Source: Gammaproteobacteria bacterium (lineage in GTDB: Bacteria > Pseudomonadota > Gammaproteobacteria > Eutrophobiales > Eutrophobiaceae). From it: 64,000 nucleotides of DNA. How positions within the stretch are numbered: the first letter of the stretch is position 1; each line of letters opens with the position of its first letter. Shown one piece after another: positions 8,926-21,509 of the stretch. The translations under genes and the position numbers were made by a program. The notes below the pieces were generated by a model, which saw only the letters and a list, made by a program, of their open reading frames with translations, was not told where the DNA came from and made no database searches. The stretch lies in assembly GCA_965261775.1 (NCBI GenBank), contig OZ253477.1:933239-997238 (forward strand), written 5' to 3'.

Positions 8926-10572
8926 TCAGCCGCCATCGGGTTTTATCCGGTCATTGATTTGTCGCAGAATGTGTTGAGCGGATCCCGCGGCGCAATCAAA
9001 AACAGCACTATTATCTATCTTTGTAACCGGACCGTCGGCAACACAAAGACATATCAAGCCCGATTGATTAAGCGTCCGCAGCACGGTCGCCAGATTATTT
9101 CCGATCTCTTCCTGCCTGAGTACGCAGCAGACATGACCCATATCGAAAAGGAGGCGTTCGAGCTCATATGCAATGCGGGCGTTATCAGCGCCGGTCAGGA
9201 AAACGCTGAACCCCCGTTGGGCATAGCGTGCGATCCGTTCGGCGGCGCTGACGGAACGGAGATCGCCGCTATCGGCGGCGCCGATGATCATCCCCGCGCC
9301 GACAGTGATATTGCTTAAATGATCAATGATAATAAAGGCGCCCGTTTCTTTGCATTTGGCGTAAGGGTCAAAGAACACGGGGGCATTGGTCATGATCTCA
9401 CAACAGCCGATCTCGTTCAGCTTCAATTCGGCAACCTGTGAGCGGGCCAGCGTATTGACATCAATACCGTACCGAATATCCGCGATGCCGCCAGACACTG
9501 TTTTGGCGGCGTGCTTCAGATAATATTGCCGGCCCGGGCGCACAGGCGCATCAGTCATCCAGACGATATTGGCCTCAAAACGATTGCCCGTTTGTGGCAG
9601 ATCGTCCGGCGTCGCGATCACATCGCCGCGGCTGATATCGATTTCATCTTCAAGCGTCAGTGTGATCGCCATGGGCGTAAACGCTTCGGGCAATTCAGTT
9701 TCATGGAGAATAATGGATCGAACCGTGCTGCTTTTGCCGGACGGCAGTACGGTAATTTTATCGCCCTTGCGTATGACGCCGCTCGCAAGCGTACCGCAGT
9801 ATCCGCGAAAATCGGGGTCGGGACGGTTCACATATTGCACCGGGAAACGCATACTTTCAAAGTTCCGGTCGGAGGCGATCTCCACTTCTTCTAAAATGGT
9901 GATCAAGGGATGGCCTTCGTACCAGGGTGTTCTATCACCAGGGTGAACGACGTTGTCGCCTTTCAGGGCCGAGATGGGGATGAAACGCAAATCCAGGCGG
10001 CCCAGCCTTTCGGCGAAATCGAGATATTCCGCCTTGATGTCGTCATAGACTTTTTCGTCGTAATCCACCAGGTCCATCTTGTTGATGGCGACGATGATAT
10101 GTCTGATGCCTAACAAGGAAGAGATAATGCTGTGACGCCGGGTCTGAACCTGGACACCATGGCGGGCGTCAATCAGAATCACCGCCAGATCGCAGGTCGA
10201 CGCACCGGTGGCCATATTGCGCGTATATTGTTCGTGTCCGGGGGTGTCGGCGATAATGAATTTGCGCCTGGACGTTGAAAAATAACGGTAGGCGACATCT
10301 ATGGTGATCCCCTGTTCGCGTTCGGCCTGCAAACCGTCCACCAGCAGGGACAGGTCAATATCATCGCCGGTCGTACCGGACAGGGTGCTGTCCGCCCAGG
10401 CAGCGGCCAGCTGGTCTTCGTAGATCATCTTTGAATCATGCAACAGGCGGCCGATGAGTGTACTCTTCCCGTCATCCACACTGCCACATGTCAGCAGGCG
10501 CAACAGGCCCTTCTTTTCATGCTGCGCCAGATAGGCGTCAATATCGGTGCTGATAAGGTCGGATTGATGCAT
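8926..10572 (-). CDS. cysN: sulfate adenylyltransferase subunit 1 (GTPase CysN) with a roughly 75-100-aa C-terminal APS-kinase-like extension lacking a P-loop
   Basis: GTPase motifs [14 protein letters not shown] and NKMD. The C-terminus [20 protein letters not shown]... resembles the start of CysC but has no GxxGxGKST. Confidence 0.85.
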   Translation of the reverse strand: MHQSDLISTDIDAYLAQHEKKGLLRLLTCGSVDDGKSTLIGRLLHDSKMIYEDQLAAAWADSTLSGTTGDDIDLSLLVDGLQAEREQGITIDVAYRYFSTSRRKFIIADTPGHEQYTRNMATGASTCDLAVILIDARHGVQVQTRRHSIISSLLGIRHIIVAINKMDLVDYDEKVYDDIKAEYLDFAERLGRLDLRFIPISALKGDNVVHPGDRTPWYEGHPLITILEEVEIASDRNFESMRFPVQYVNRPDPDFRGYCGTLASGVIRKGDKITVLPSGKSSTVRSIILHETELPEAFTPMAITLTLEDEIDISRGDVIATPDDLPQTGNRFEANIVWMTDAPVRPGRQYYLKHAAKTVSGGIADIRYGIDVNTLARSQVAELKLNEIGCCEIMTNAPVFFDPYAKCKETGAFIIIDHLSNITVGAGMIIGAADSGDLRSVSAAERIARYAQRGFSVFLTGADNARIAYELERLLFDMGHVCCVLRQEEIGNNLATVLRTLNQSGLICLCVADGPVTKIDNSAVFDCAAGSAQHILRQINDRIKPDGG

Positions 10573-10576
10573 TTAT

Positions 10577-11485
10577 TCAGAAGTACCCTTCACGTTTCTT
10601 TGCCTCCATTGAACCCGCCTGGTCGTAATCAATAATCCGTCCCTGGCGTTCGGAGGTTCTGGTCAGCAGCATTTCCTGAATGATCCCGGGCAGTGTCGTG
10701 GCCTCCGACTCAACCGCGCCGGTCAGCGGGTAACAGCCGAGGGTGCGGAAACGTACCATTTTCTCTTCCACTTTCTCGTCACGCTTGAGTGGCATGCGAT
10801 CATCATCAACCATGATATAGACCCCGTCGCGTTTCACCACGGGACGCCTGGCGGCATAATACAGGGGGACAATCGGGATATTTTCAAGATGGATATATTG
10901 CCAGACATCCAGTTCTGTCCAGTTGGACAAGGGAAATACGCGGATGCTTTCGCCCTTGTCAATCCGGCCATTGTAGATGTTCCAGAGTTCCGGACGCTGA
11001 TTTTTCGGGTCCCAGCGGTGATGCCTGTCCCGGAAGGAGTAGATACGCTCTTTGGCACGGGATTTTTCTTCGTCCCGACGGGCGCCGCCAAAAGCAGCGT
11101 CAAACTGATATTTATCCAGCGCCTGTCTCAGGGCCCGGGTTTTCATGATGTCTGTATATTTTTTGCTGCCGACGTTAAATGGATTGATGCCTGCCTTGAC
11201 TCCTTCCTGATTGGTATGGATCAGCAGGTCCAGGCCGAGGTCGCGGGCTATCCGGTCGCGGAATTCAATCATCTCGCGGAATTTCCAGGTGGTGTCAATG
11301 TGCATGAGCGGAAACGGTGGTTTTCCCGGATAAAAGGCTTTCAACGCCAGCCGTAACATCACCGCCGAGTCCTTGCCGATGGAATAAAGCATAACAGGCA
11401 TTGTAAATTCAGCCGCGATCTCGCGAATAATGTAAATGCTTTCAGCTTCAAGCTGTTTTAAGTGTGTTAGCCTGTGTTCCACCAT
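10577..11485 (-). CDS. cysD: sulfate adenylyltransferase subunit 2
   Basis: PAPS-reductase-like fold: [15 protein letters not shown], 302 aa, immediately upstream of cysN. Confidence 0.9.
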   Translation of the reverse strand: MVEHRLTHLKQLEAESIYIIREIAAEFTMPVMLYSIGKDSAVMLRLALKAFYPGKPPFPLMHIDTTWKFREMIEFRDRIARDLGLDLLIHTNQEGVKAGINPFNVGSKKYTDIMKTRALRQALDKYQFDAAFGGARRDEEKSRAKERIYSFRDRHHRWDPKNQRPELWNIYNGRIDKGESIRVFPLSNWTELDVWQYIHLENIPIVPLYYAARRPVVKRDGVYIMVDDDRMPLKRDEKVEEKMVRFRTLGCYPLTGAVESEATTLPGIIQEMLLTRTSERQGRIIDYDQAGSMEAKKREGYF

Positions 11486-11735
11486 ACGGAGTTCATTTCG
11501 TGTCTGTTACAACAATCTGTCTGATAAGACGGTTCAAGGGAGCGGGAGATTATACCCCTCAACCCCGAATATTGCATATATATTTCGATTATCCGAAGCT
11601 ACCATATGAAAATGCGGATTATTTAATCCGCCCGGTATTCTTTAGAAACAGCGCTGTCATCAACGGTATTGCAAACAATACCCGAACGAATAATCGCACC
11701 AGCGCGTTTCCCTCTCCCCACCTTCGTCATTCCCC

Positions 11736-11870
11736 CGCCCCTGCCCCTGCCCCTGCCCCTGCTTTTGCCCCTGCCCCTGCCCCTGCTTTCGCAGGGGTGA
11801 CGTTCTTTCGCAGGGGTGACGTTCTTTCGCAGGGGTTCTTCCTCAGGGGTGACGTTCTTGCGCCTGCCTG
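11736..11870. repeat. compound tandem repeat: (CCCCTG)n hexamer tract followed by 3-4 copies of a 19-mer CGCAGGGGTGACGTTCTTT; the whole block is self-complementary and flanked by a 13-15-bp inverted repeat (11725-11739 and 11881-11893)
   Basis: Read directly from the sequence. CAGGGG is the reverse complement of CCCCTG. The block lies in the divergent cysDN/groESL intergenic region. Confidence 0.85.
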
Positions 11871-12033
11871 GCGGCAGACAGGCGGGAATGACGGTTTTGG
11901 TGTAACAGTGGTTTGTAAAACAGGTTGTTTCGACCGACGACAATAAAAAATGAATGTGCGAGCTTGTATTCCTGGACACAATCCCCATCTGTATCTCTGC
12001 GTTATTTGCCGTTTACTGGTTATATTTGCCATT

Positions 12034-12040
12034 CTTGAAA
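12034..12040 (+). promoter_or_regulatory. candidate sigma32-type -35 element (CTTGAAA) upstream of groES
   Basis: CTTGAAA lies about 180 nt upstream of the groES ATG. The downstream -10 is not a clean CCCCATNT. Confidence 0.25.
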
Positions 12041-12215
12041 CAGTTCAGACTGTTATCAATGGGGTTTCCCCCCGACAAATGACTTTTTTATAAACTGTTG
12101 ACAGAAAAATTTTTTTCATTACGATACGATTAGCACTCACTTGATAAAAGTGCTGACAATTGTGAGTTTTCTGTAAATTTAATTTAAGCTTAGGAATTAA
12201 AGGAGGTTTGCTTCT

Positions 12216-12503
12216 ATGAATATCCGACCGTTACATGATCGCGTCATTGTGAAGCGCGTGGAGGAAGAAAAAACTTCTCCAGGCGGTATCGTCATCCCCG
12301 ATTCAGCAACTGAAAAGCCGCTTGAAGGCAAAGTGATCGCCGTGGGGAATGGCAAGTTACTCGATAATGGTGAACTCCGCCCGTTGGCCCTTAAAAAAGG
12401 CGACAAGGTGCTATTTGCCAAGTATTCAGGTACCGAGGTGAAGGTCCGCGGCGAAGAGTATCTCATCATGCGCGAAGACGATGTGATCGGCGTCATTGAG
12501 TAA
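12216..12503 (+). CDS. groES: co-chaperonin GroES
   Basis: [18 protein letters not shown]...GGIVIPDSA, 95 aa, with an AGGAGG Shine-Dalgarno. Confidence 0.95.
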   Translation: MNIRPLHDRVIVKRVEEEKTSPGGIVIPDSATEKPLEGKVIAVGNGKLLDNGELRPLALKKGDKVLFAKYSGTEVKVRGEEYLIMREDDVIGVIE

Positions 12504-12535
12504 TTGATTAATCAGGTCAAACTATTTTTTTATGA

Positions 12536-14191
<1,656 letters not shown>

Positions 14192-14213
14192 TGCGGCATT
14201 GCCTTGAAACCAT

Positions 14214-14243
14214 AAAAAAACCCGCCTTCTGGCGGGTTTTTTT
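14214..14243. terminator. bidirectional intrinsic terminator shared by convergent groEL and rho
   Basis: A7 tract, then hairpin cccgccttctggcggg, then T7. Confidence 0.85.
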
Positions 14244-14275
14244 ATGGGGCCTTCAAACGGGGAAGTTAACGAAAC

Positions 14276-15535
14276 CTATCGCTTCATTGCATCAAAGAAC
14301 GCCGCGTTGTTTTTGGTGCCCCTCAGACGTTCCAGCAGGAATTCTATGGCAGCGAATTCTTCCATCGGATGCAGTAATTTTCTGAGGATCCACATCTTCT
14401 GTAATTCATTCTCATCTGTCAGCAGTTCTTCACGGCGCGTGCCAGAACGATTGATATTGATGGCAGGGTAGATGCGTTTTTCCGCGATAACACGGTCCAG
14501 ATGCAGTTCCATATTGCCGGTGCCCTTGAATTCTTCGTAAATGACATCATCCATTCTTGAGCCGGTTTCAATCAGGGCGGTGGCGATGATCGTGAGACTG
14601 CCACCTTCTTCAATATTACGTGCCGCTCCAAAGAAACGTTTGGGACGCTGCAGGGCGTTGGCATCAACACCGCCGGTCAATACCTTGCCGGAAGCGGGGG
14701 CGACGGTATTGTAAGCGCGGGCGAGGCGCGTCATTGAATCGAGCAGGATCACCACGTCTCTTTTATGTTCAACCAATCGCTTGGCGCGTTCAACAACCAT
14801 CTCGGCCACCTGAACATGACGGCTGGCGGGTTCGTCAAAGGTACTGGAAACCACTTCACCACGTACCGAACGCATCATCTCGGTCACCTCTTCGGGACGT
14901 TCGTCAATGAGCAGCACGATCAAATACACTTCGGGATGATTATGTGTAATTGACTGGGCAATGCTTTGCAGGATCATTGTCTTGCCCGCTTTGGGAGGAG
15001 AAACAATCAGGCCACGCTGACCCTTGCCAATAGGTGCCGCAAGATCAATGATCCGCGGGGTTAAATCTTCGGTACTACCATTGCCTATTTCCAGCGTCAA
15101 ACGCTCGTGAGCAAACAGCGGGGTCAGATTTTCAAATAATATTTTGCCCTTCGCCTTACTTGGGATTTCAAAGTTGATCTCGTCAATTTTTAACAGTGCG
15201 AAGTAACGTTCACCATTTTTGGGCGGCCTGATTTTTCCGGAAGTATTATCGCCGGTACGCAGGTTAAAACGTTTTATCTGGCTGGGTGAAACATAAATAT
15301 CGTCGGGACCGGCAAGATAGGAACTGTCCGAGGAACGTAAAAAACCAAACCCATCCTGCAGAATTTCCAATACACCGTCACCGTAAATATCTCCACCCTT
15401 TTTGGCCTGCGCTTTGAGAATCTGAAAAATAACATCCTGCTTGCGAGAGCGGGCCATATTCTCGAGGCCGAGCTTGTCGGAGAGTGACACAAGTTCTGAG
15501 GCGGGTTTTTGTTTTAGTTCTGTTAGGTTCATCAA
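14276..15535 (-). CDS. rho: transcription termination factor Rho
   Basis: (M)[17 protein letters not shown]..., RecA-like ATPase motifs, 419 aa. The true start is probably the second Met, at 15532. Confidence 0.95.
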   Translation of the reverse strand: MMNLTELKQKPASELVSLSDKLGLENMARSRKQDVIFQILKAQAKKGGDIYGDGVLEILQDGFGFLRSSDSSYLAGPDDIYVSPSQIKRFNLRTGDNTSGKIRPPKNGERYFALLKIDEINFEIPSKAKGKILFENLTPLFAHERLTLEIGNGSTEDLTPRIIDLAAPIGKGQRGLIVSPPKAGKTMILQSIAQSITHNHPEVYLIVLLIDERPEEVTEMMRSVRGEVVSSTFDEPASRHVQVAEMVVERAKRLVEHKRDVVILLDSMTRLARAYNTVAPASGKVLTGGVDANALQRPKRFFGAARNIEEGGSLTIIATALIETGSRMDDVIYEEFKGTGNMELHLDRVIAEKRIYPAININRSGTRREELLTDENELQKMWILRKLLHPMEEFAAIEFLLERLRGTKNNAAFFDAMKR

Positions 15536-15693
15536 TATACCTGGTATGGTTGCTCTATATGATCGTGGACACGAACGTTAAAGAGATGTGTCCACAAGAA
15601 AAAACGACTTTTTTGTCTTAAAGGGGATATGGTTGTGATTAAAAAATAATACCGCGGATATATATTATAGTGTAACTCAATTTCAGTATCCAG

Positions 15694-16029
15694 CTAAATA
15701 TTGGCGTCAATAAACGCCTCCAATTGCGATTTTGACGTCGCCCCGACTTTGGTTGCGACGATGTCCCCCTCCTTAAAGAGGATAAGCGTCGGAATACCTC
15801 TGACACCATAGGTCTGCGGTGTATTCTGGTTATCATCAATATTAATTTTAGCGACAGTGAGCCTGTCTTTGTACTGTTCGGCAAGTTCATCAAGCAGGGG
15901 GGCAATCATCTTGCAGGGGGCGCACCATTCGGCCCAGAAATCAAGGATGACGGGTTTCTCCGATTTTAAAACATCATTCTCAAAACTAGAATCTGTGACA
16001 TTTAATATATTAACATTCATTGATGGCAT
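15694..16029 (-). CDS. trxA: thioredoxin 1
   Basis: WCAPCK active site. trxA-rho synteny as in E. coli. Confidence 0.92.
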   Translation of the reverse strand: MPSMNVNILNVTDSSFENDVLKSEKPVILDFWAEWCAPCKMIAPLLDELAEQYKDRLTVAKINIDDNQNTPQTYGVRGIPTLILFKEGDIVATKVGATSKSQLEAFIDANI

Positions 16030-16190
16030 ATGGTCCTGTTCGGATTGTTAAAAGTATCATTCCAACGAAATTGGAAATTAATTGCAAGCGACTTTTACAA
16101 AAAACATCCTCCTCTATAAAAAAAACGCTTGTTTATCATATAATTACTTCTTGGAAATCCCTTTCGAAAACACCCGGAGACGGATTGACA

Positions 16191-16859
16191 TCATCGCAGT
16201 ATCCCGTTTATCCAGACGCCGATAGCGCTGACTTCCGATGGGCAAACGGCATGTTCCATGGGGTATTCGTTCCATTCAACGAGGTAGCCTTTCCGCTTCA
16301 ACATCATGCTTGAATCACGTCCCTGCTCAAGGGGGATAACAGGGTCGGTAACGCCATGCGCCATAAAAACCGGGGTATTTTTATTTGCCGCCGCGGCTTC
16401 TTCCTCAAGTCGCCCGGGCAAAGGTAGATAGGAGGACAGGGCAATGATGCCCGCCAGTCGTTCAGGATAACGCAGACCGGTATGCAGGGCGATGGCGCCA
16501 CCTTGAGAAAATCCGGCAAGCACTGTTTTTTCAGGAGGAATACCGGCGTCCGTCTCTGCCCGGATATATCGACCAATAAGGTCTGCCGAGGCCTTGATGG
16601 ATTTGGCGTCTTCCATTTCCCGCAAATCAGGTGATTTGATGTCATACCAGGCACGCATCCGCAGGCCGTTGTTGATGCTCACCGGGCGAACGGGCGCATT
16701 TGGAAAGATAAAACGAATACGGCCTGCCGCGCCTGGATTAAGCGCGGGGACGATATCTTCAAAGTCATGCCCATCCGCTCCAAGCCCGTGCAACCAGATG
16801 ACGCTGATCTGATGTGATTCTTCGGCGTCAATAATGACAGCGTCTTTTTCAGAAAACAC
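16191..16859 (-). CDS. phospholipase/carboxylesterase-family alpha/beta hydrolase
   Basis: Nucleophile elbow GFSQGG, WLHGLGADG, 222 aa. Confidence 0.8.
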   Translation of the reverse strand: MFSEKDAVIIDAEESHQISVIWLHGLGADGHDFEDIVPALNPGAAGRIRFIFPNAPVRPVSINNGLRMRAWYDIKSPDLREMEDAKSIKASADLIGRYIRAETDAGIPPEKTVLAGFSQGGAIALHTGLRYPERLAGIIALSSYLPLPGRLEEEAAAANKNTPVFMAHGVTDPVIPLEQGRDSSMMLKRKGYLVEWNEYPMEHAVCPSEVSAIGVWINGILR

Positions 16860-16964
16860 AACGGTACTCTCGGTTTATCGTGACTAATGCCACAGGCTAT
16901 ATCCTGGATAATGTGGTATTTTTGTGGTTAAATGGCACCGGACAAGTCTATTGAAAATATCACA

Positions 16965-17114
16965 ATGAACAGCTTCAATACATTGAATATCATCACCCGA
17001 GTTGGCGTCGTCGCTGTTGTTGCGTTATTCTTTATTTCTGCCTGTGGACAAAAAGGCAGGCTCTATCTGCCCCCTGAAAACGCCCATCATATCACAATCG
17101 TTTCACAATATTGA
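16965..17114 (+). CDS. lptM: LPS-assembly lipoprotein LptM (YifL-like)
   Basis: MNSFNTLNII...FFISACGQKGRLYLPPE matches E. coli LptM ...LTGCGLKGPLYFPP. The gene sits directly upstream of lysA. Confidence 0.7.
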   Translation: MNSFNTLNIITRVGVVAVVALFFISACGQKGRLYLPPENAHHITIVSQY

Positions 17115-17120
17115 TTCTTC

Positions 17121-18371
17121 ATGTCCGGGTTTTATTATCAGGAGGGCCTGTTACATGCCGAAGGCGTGCCCCTGGACAGGATCGTTGAAGAATTCGGCCT
17201 CCCCTGTTATGTCTATTCCCGTCGAGAAATTGAATCATGCTGGCAAGCCTTTAAACAGGCCCTGGCACCACACAAACATCTGATCTGTTACGCGGTAAAG
17301 GCCAATTCAAATCTGGCAGTGCTCAACCTCCTGGCGCGGCTGGGTTCGGGTTTTGATATCGTGTCCGCAGGTGAGCTATACCGCGTACTTGAGGCGGGCG
17401 GTGACAGCGACAAGGTGGTTTTTTCCGGTGTCGGAAAACGTGCGGACGAGATTCGGTTTGCGCTTGAGCAGAAAATTAAGTGTTTCAATATTGAGTCTGA
17501 AAGTGAATTAACCCGATTGAATACCATTGCCGCAGATATGAACGTGACAGCACCGATATCCTTTCGTGTCAACCCGGATGTGGACTCCAGGACGCATCCC
17601 TATATTTCAACCGGGCTTTCGGAAAACAAATTCGGGATTGCCTTTGAAACGGCGTTGCAGCGATATCGGGAGGCGGCGACGATGAACCATATTAACGTCG
17701 TCGGCATTGACTGCCATATCGGCTCCCAAATCACAACCCTGAGCCCTTTTGAAGATGCCTTGAAAAAACTGCTGATATTGCTCAAGCAACTTGAACGGAA
17801 CGGGATCAGACCAGGGCATATTGATGTCGGCGGCGGGCTGGGGATAAGCTACCGCGAGGAAACTCCGCCGTCGCCGGACGCTTATGTCCGCACCATTGTT
17901 GAAACACTGACAAGTGACGATTATGAAATCATCATTGAACCGGGACGGCGTATTGTCGGCAGCGCCGGGGCCCTGTTGACCGAAGTACAGTATTTAAAGA
18001 CAACGCCGGAGCGCAATTTTGCCGTGGTGGATGCGGCGATGAATGATTTTATCCGCCCGTCTTTTTACGGGGGCTGGCATGATATCAGGCGCATTGTCGA
18101 AGCGTCCGATGCAGAACAGCTTGTCTATGATGTCGTCGGGCCGGTATGTGAGACGGCTGATTTTCTCGGCAAGGATCGTGCGCTCAGATTAAAACAAGGT
18201 GATGTGCTGGCGATCAGCGACGTCGGCGCCTATGGTTTCAGCATGGCCTCTAATTACAATTCCCGCCCCCGCGTCGCGGAAATTATGGTTGATGGCGATA
18301 AGGCGTACGAAGTTCGCAAACGCGAAACGTTCGCTGAACTGGTAAAGGGGGAGTCACGGCTTCCTGAATAA
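17121..18371 (+). CDS. lysA: diaminopimelate decarboxylase
   Basis: PLP fold III. CYAVKANSN with the PLP-lysine region, 416 aa. Confidence 0.92.
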   Translation: MSGFYYQEGLLHAEGVPLDRIVEEFGLPCYVYSRREIESCWQAFKQALAPHKHLICYAVKANSNLAVLNLLARLGSGFDIVSAGELYRVLEAGGDSDKVVFSGVGKRADEIRFALEQKIKCFNIESESELTRLNTIAADMNVTAPISFRVNPDVDSRTHPYISTGLSENKFGIAFETALQRYREAATMNHINVVGIDCHIGSQITTLSPFEDALKKLLILLKQLERNGIRPGHIDVGGGLGISYREETPPSPDAYVRTIVETLTSDDYEIIIEPGRRIVGSAGALLTEVQYLKTTPERNFAVVDAAMNDFIRPSFYGGWHDIRRIVEASDAEQLVYDVVGPVCETADFLGKDRALRLKQGDVLAISDVGAYGFSMASNYNSRPRVAEIMVDGDKAYEVRKRETFAELVKGESRLPE

Positions 18372-18410
18372 GTCCTCTGTCTCCAAACGCCGCCGTAAAA
18401 AATCAACGCC

Positions 18411-19085
18411 ATGAAACGTATTCCCGAACCCGAGTTGATGACCGAAACGGCGCAGGCAGCAGCCTATGCCAATGCGGATTTTGAGGAGCCGCACAGTCAT
18501 TTCATCACATTACTAAAAGACAGGATCGGCCGTTATTTGCCTGAATCGGGCCGGGCGGTTGATTTGGGCTGCGGCGCGGCGGACATCAGTATCCGTTTTG
18601 CCAGGGACTGGCCACGCTACCATATTGATGCGCTGGATGGCGCTTCCGCCATGCTGGCGGAGGCCCGTAAAGCACTCGCTGGTTCGGGTTTAACGGATCG
18701 AATTACCCTGATTGAGACCGGTATCAATGTTTCGTCACTCACGGAGCGGAATTACGATCTGATATTGAGCAACAGCCTGTTGCATCATCTGCATGATCCG
18801 ATGGTATTGTGGGAAACCATCAGGAACGCCGACGGGGCACCATACGTTTTCATTATGGATTTAATGCGCCCGGAAAATCAGACCCGGGTTGATGAGTTGC
18901 TGAACAAATATGCCGGAAATGAACCCGGGATATTACAACGCGATTTCGGCAATTCGTTGAGGGCGGCCTTTACCCCGGAGGAGGTCGAATCCCAGCTAAG
19001 TGCGGCCGGATTGGAAAAGTTAGGGGTTTCCGTTGTATCCGACCGTCACTTTATTGTCAGCACCCCGGGGCAAGTTCCGGATTAA
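18411..19085 (+). CDS. class I SAM-dependent methyltransferase
   Basis: VDLGCGAADIS motif I, 224 aa. Confidence 0.7.
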   Translation: MKRIPEPELMTETAQAAAYANADFEEPHSHFITLLKDRIGRYLPESGRAVDLGCGAADISIRFARDWPRYHIDALDGASAMLAEARKALAGSGLTDRITLIETGINVSSLTERNYDLILSNSLLHHLHDPMVLWETIRNADGAPYVFIMDLMRPENQTRVDELLNKYAGNEPGILQRDFGNSLRAAFTPEEVESQLSAAGLEKLGVSVVSDRHFIVSTPGQVPD

Positions 19086-20092
19086 GCCAAAGCCTCTTTT
19101 GTCGTCTTGACAATGACAGCCGCGACCTTGTAGGGGTCTGCATTGGAAGCGGGACGGCGATCTTCAAGACGTCCCTTCCAGCTATTCTCCACCGTGGCGA
19201 CCGGAATACGAATTGACGCGCCGCGATCAGATACACCGAAACTGAACTGCTCAATGGATTGCGTTTCATGTCTGCCGGTGAGCCGTTTTTCATTCTCGGC
19301 GCCATAAACCACGATATGACGTTCAATATTCCTGCCAAACGCCTCACAGATACTGGTAAAGACATCCTCACCGCCTGATTCACGCATAAAGCCGTTCGAG
19401 AAATTCGCATGCATACCCGAACCGTTCCAGTCAGCGTCTCCGAGCGGCTTCGGATGCCATTCAATGGCCAGTCCGTATTTCTCCGCAGTGCGTTCAAGCA
19501 GATAGCGGGCCAGCCAAGTCTGGTCACCGGCGCTTTTCGCGCTCATGGCAAATACCTGAAATTCCCACTGACCTGCCGCTACCTCGGCGTTAATACCCTC
19601 TATATTAAGGCCGGCCTCAATACAAAGATCAAGGTGTTCTTCAACGACTTCCCGGCCATAGGCGTTATTGGCACCGACAGAACAATAGTACGGTCCTTGC
19701 GGGCGCGGATAGCCCGCATGCGGGAAGCCGGGCGGCAAATTGATGTTGGGATCCCACAAAAAGTATTCCTGTTCAAAACCAAACCAAAAATCATCATCTT
19801 CGTCATCAATGGTTGAGCGCCCGTTTGATTCGTGCGGGGTACTATCGGCATTCAGTACCTCCGCCATCACAAGATAACCGTTTTTACGATCCGGGTCGGG
19901 AATAATCGCAACCGGCTTTAACAAACAATCGGAAGCGCCGCTATCCGCCTGTTGGGTGGAACTGCCGTCAAAGGACCATATCGGACAGTCTTCCAGTTCG
20001 CCAGAAAAATCCGATATTATCTGTGTTTTACTACGCAGGCTCTGGGTAGGTCTATACCCGTCAAGCCATATATATTCGAGTTTACTTTTCAT
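19082..20092 (-). CDS. glnII: glutamine synthetase type II (eukaryote-like GSII)
   Basis: KLEYIWLDGYRPTQSLRSKTQI...WSFDGSSTQQA...DCLLKPVAIIPDP...FGFEQEYFLW, near-identical in pattern to rhizobial GlnII. 336 aa. Confidence 0.88.
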   Translation of the reverse strand: MKSKLEYIWLDGYRPTQSLRSKTQIISDFSGELEDCPIWSFDGSSTQQADSGASDCLLKPVAIIPDPDRKNGYLVMAEVLNADSTPHESNGRSTIDDEDDDFWFGFEQEYFLWDPNINLPPGFPHAGYPRPQGPYYCSVGANNAYGREVVEEHLDLCIEAGLNIEGINAEVAAGQWEFQVFAMSAKSAGDQTWLARYLLERTAEKYGLAIEWHPKPLGDADWNGSGMHANFSNGFMRESGGEDVFTSICEAFGRNIERHIVVYGAENEKRLTGRHETQSIEQFSFGVSDRGASIRIPVATVENSWKGRLEDRRPASNADPYKVAAVIVKTTKEALA

Positions 20093-20340
20093 GATAAGTC
20101 GTTTTTCTCCCAGTTTATTACTTTAAAATACAGGAAAATATTATTTAAACCGAAGGCCCCACATTCTACTGCAATCTGAACAGGGCTCAGTTCATCTCCA
20201 TTGCGCCCGGGTCTGCGGACATCAGCCGCCAGATGATATAGCTATTGTGATTGCTGTGCTTGTACGGAAGGCCAATTGTAGCATATTGGCGTTGCACCGC
20301 AACACACTGCCTGTTTTATCATACCGGAGACCGAACCCGG

Positions 20341-21294
20341 CTAACCCCAGTCTTCCCTCAGAAGCCGGACCAGTTCTCGACAGCTTTGCATCCTGTTTTT
20401 GACAGGTTTGAGCAGGCATGCCATGGTTACCGTCTCCAGTAAATTCGGGATCGGTGTACGTGAAAAAGATGATATGTCTGGTGGATCTTCATTCAGTATT
20501 TTCTGACTCATTTCGTCAACAGTCTCCGCCGCAAAGGGTAATCGGCTCGCTAAAATTTCATAAAGAATGACACCAAGGCTATAAATATCCGTTCTGTAGT
20601 CAATATCCGGGGTGCGCTGTATCTGTTCTGGTGACATGTATGCAATCGTTCCCTGAAGTTCATCTGCATCGGTCATTGAATTCACTTTTTTATTAACCAT
20701 TTTTTCCAGCGTACGAACTGACTCGTCGTTACCGCCGGTCTGTCTCCAGACCTTTGCCAGCCCCCAATCCATCAACAAGACTTCACCAAAGGGGCCAACC
20801 AGAACATTCTCTGGCTTGATATCACGATGAACAACATGATGGCTATGCGCATATTCCAGGGCATAGGCGACCTGGATAATGACATTGATGAGTTGTTTCA
20901 GATCATAACGTTCACGATAATTGAGAATTTCACGCAGGGTATAACCGCGTACCAGTTTCATCGTGAAGTAGTAATGTCCTTTTATATCGCGGCCTAATTC
21001 ATACGTAGGGACGGTATTGGGATGTTGTAGCAAAGCATTTATCCGCGCTTCCCGCAAAAAACGTTTTTGCTCTATCAGATCATCGGCAAATTCAGGTCTT
21101 AGCTTTTTATAACAGATCGTACGCGACAGATAGCGATCTTTGCAGGACTGGATAATCGCCCTGCCGCCACGCGCAATCGTTTTGAAATAGACGTAACGCG
21201 TACTCTGATTGAGTTTGAGTGGCAACGCCTTGTCAGTGTCTTCCAGATAAACGACGGCGTAATCATCATCCAGCATTTTCGGGAAAATCGTCAT
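20341..21294 (-). CDS. Hanks-type serine/threonine protein kinase
   Basis: HRDIKPENVL catalytic loop, DWGLAK (DFG-like) and APE (SPEQ) motifs. 317 aa with no extra domains. Confidence 0.85.
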   Translation of the reverse strand: MTIFPKMLDDDYAVVYLEDTDKALPLKLNQSTRYVYFKTIARGGRAIIQSCKDRYLSRTICYKKLRPEFADDLIEQKRFLREARINALLQHPNTVPTYELGRDIKGHYYFTMKLVRGYTLREILNYRERYDLKQLINVIIQVAYALEYAHSHHVVHRDIKPENVLVGPFGEVLLMDWGLAKVWRQTGGNDESVRTLEKMVNKKVNSMTDADELQGTIAYMSPEQIQRTPDIDYRTDIYSLGVILYEILASRLPFAAETVDEMSQKILNEDPPDISSFSRTPIPNLLETVTMACLLKPVKNRMQSCRELVRLLREDWG

Positions 21295-21509
21295 GGATTA
21301 TCCTTGGTAAAAATAGTCTTCTTTTGATATAATTTCCAAACGTCTATACAAATATTATAGACAATGTCGCGAATTAAAATGGAAATCGGACTGACTGTAA
21401 ATGCATACTGTATCTGAAAAAATAACGCCGGGGGAAAAAGATATTACAAGTAATATCAAAAACGCAGTGATTGAATTGTATAATGATAACCCGGATTATT
21501 AATCCGACT

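Noticed and set aside
11464-12032. ORFs 11464-11946(+), 11623-11988(-) and 11727-12032(-) encoding PAPAPA / GRGRGR low-complexity proteins
   Set aside because: They are translations of the CCCCTG/CAGGGG minisatellite in a promoter region, with no Shine-Dalgarno. They are artefacts of the repeat.
19057-19851. ORFs 19057-19527(-), 19409-19816(+) and 19600-19851(-) within glnII
   Set aside because: Out-of-frame or antisense overlaps of a confidently identified GSII gene.
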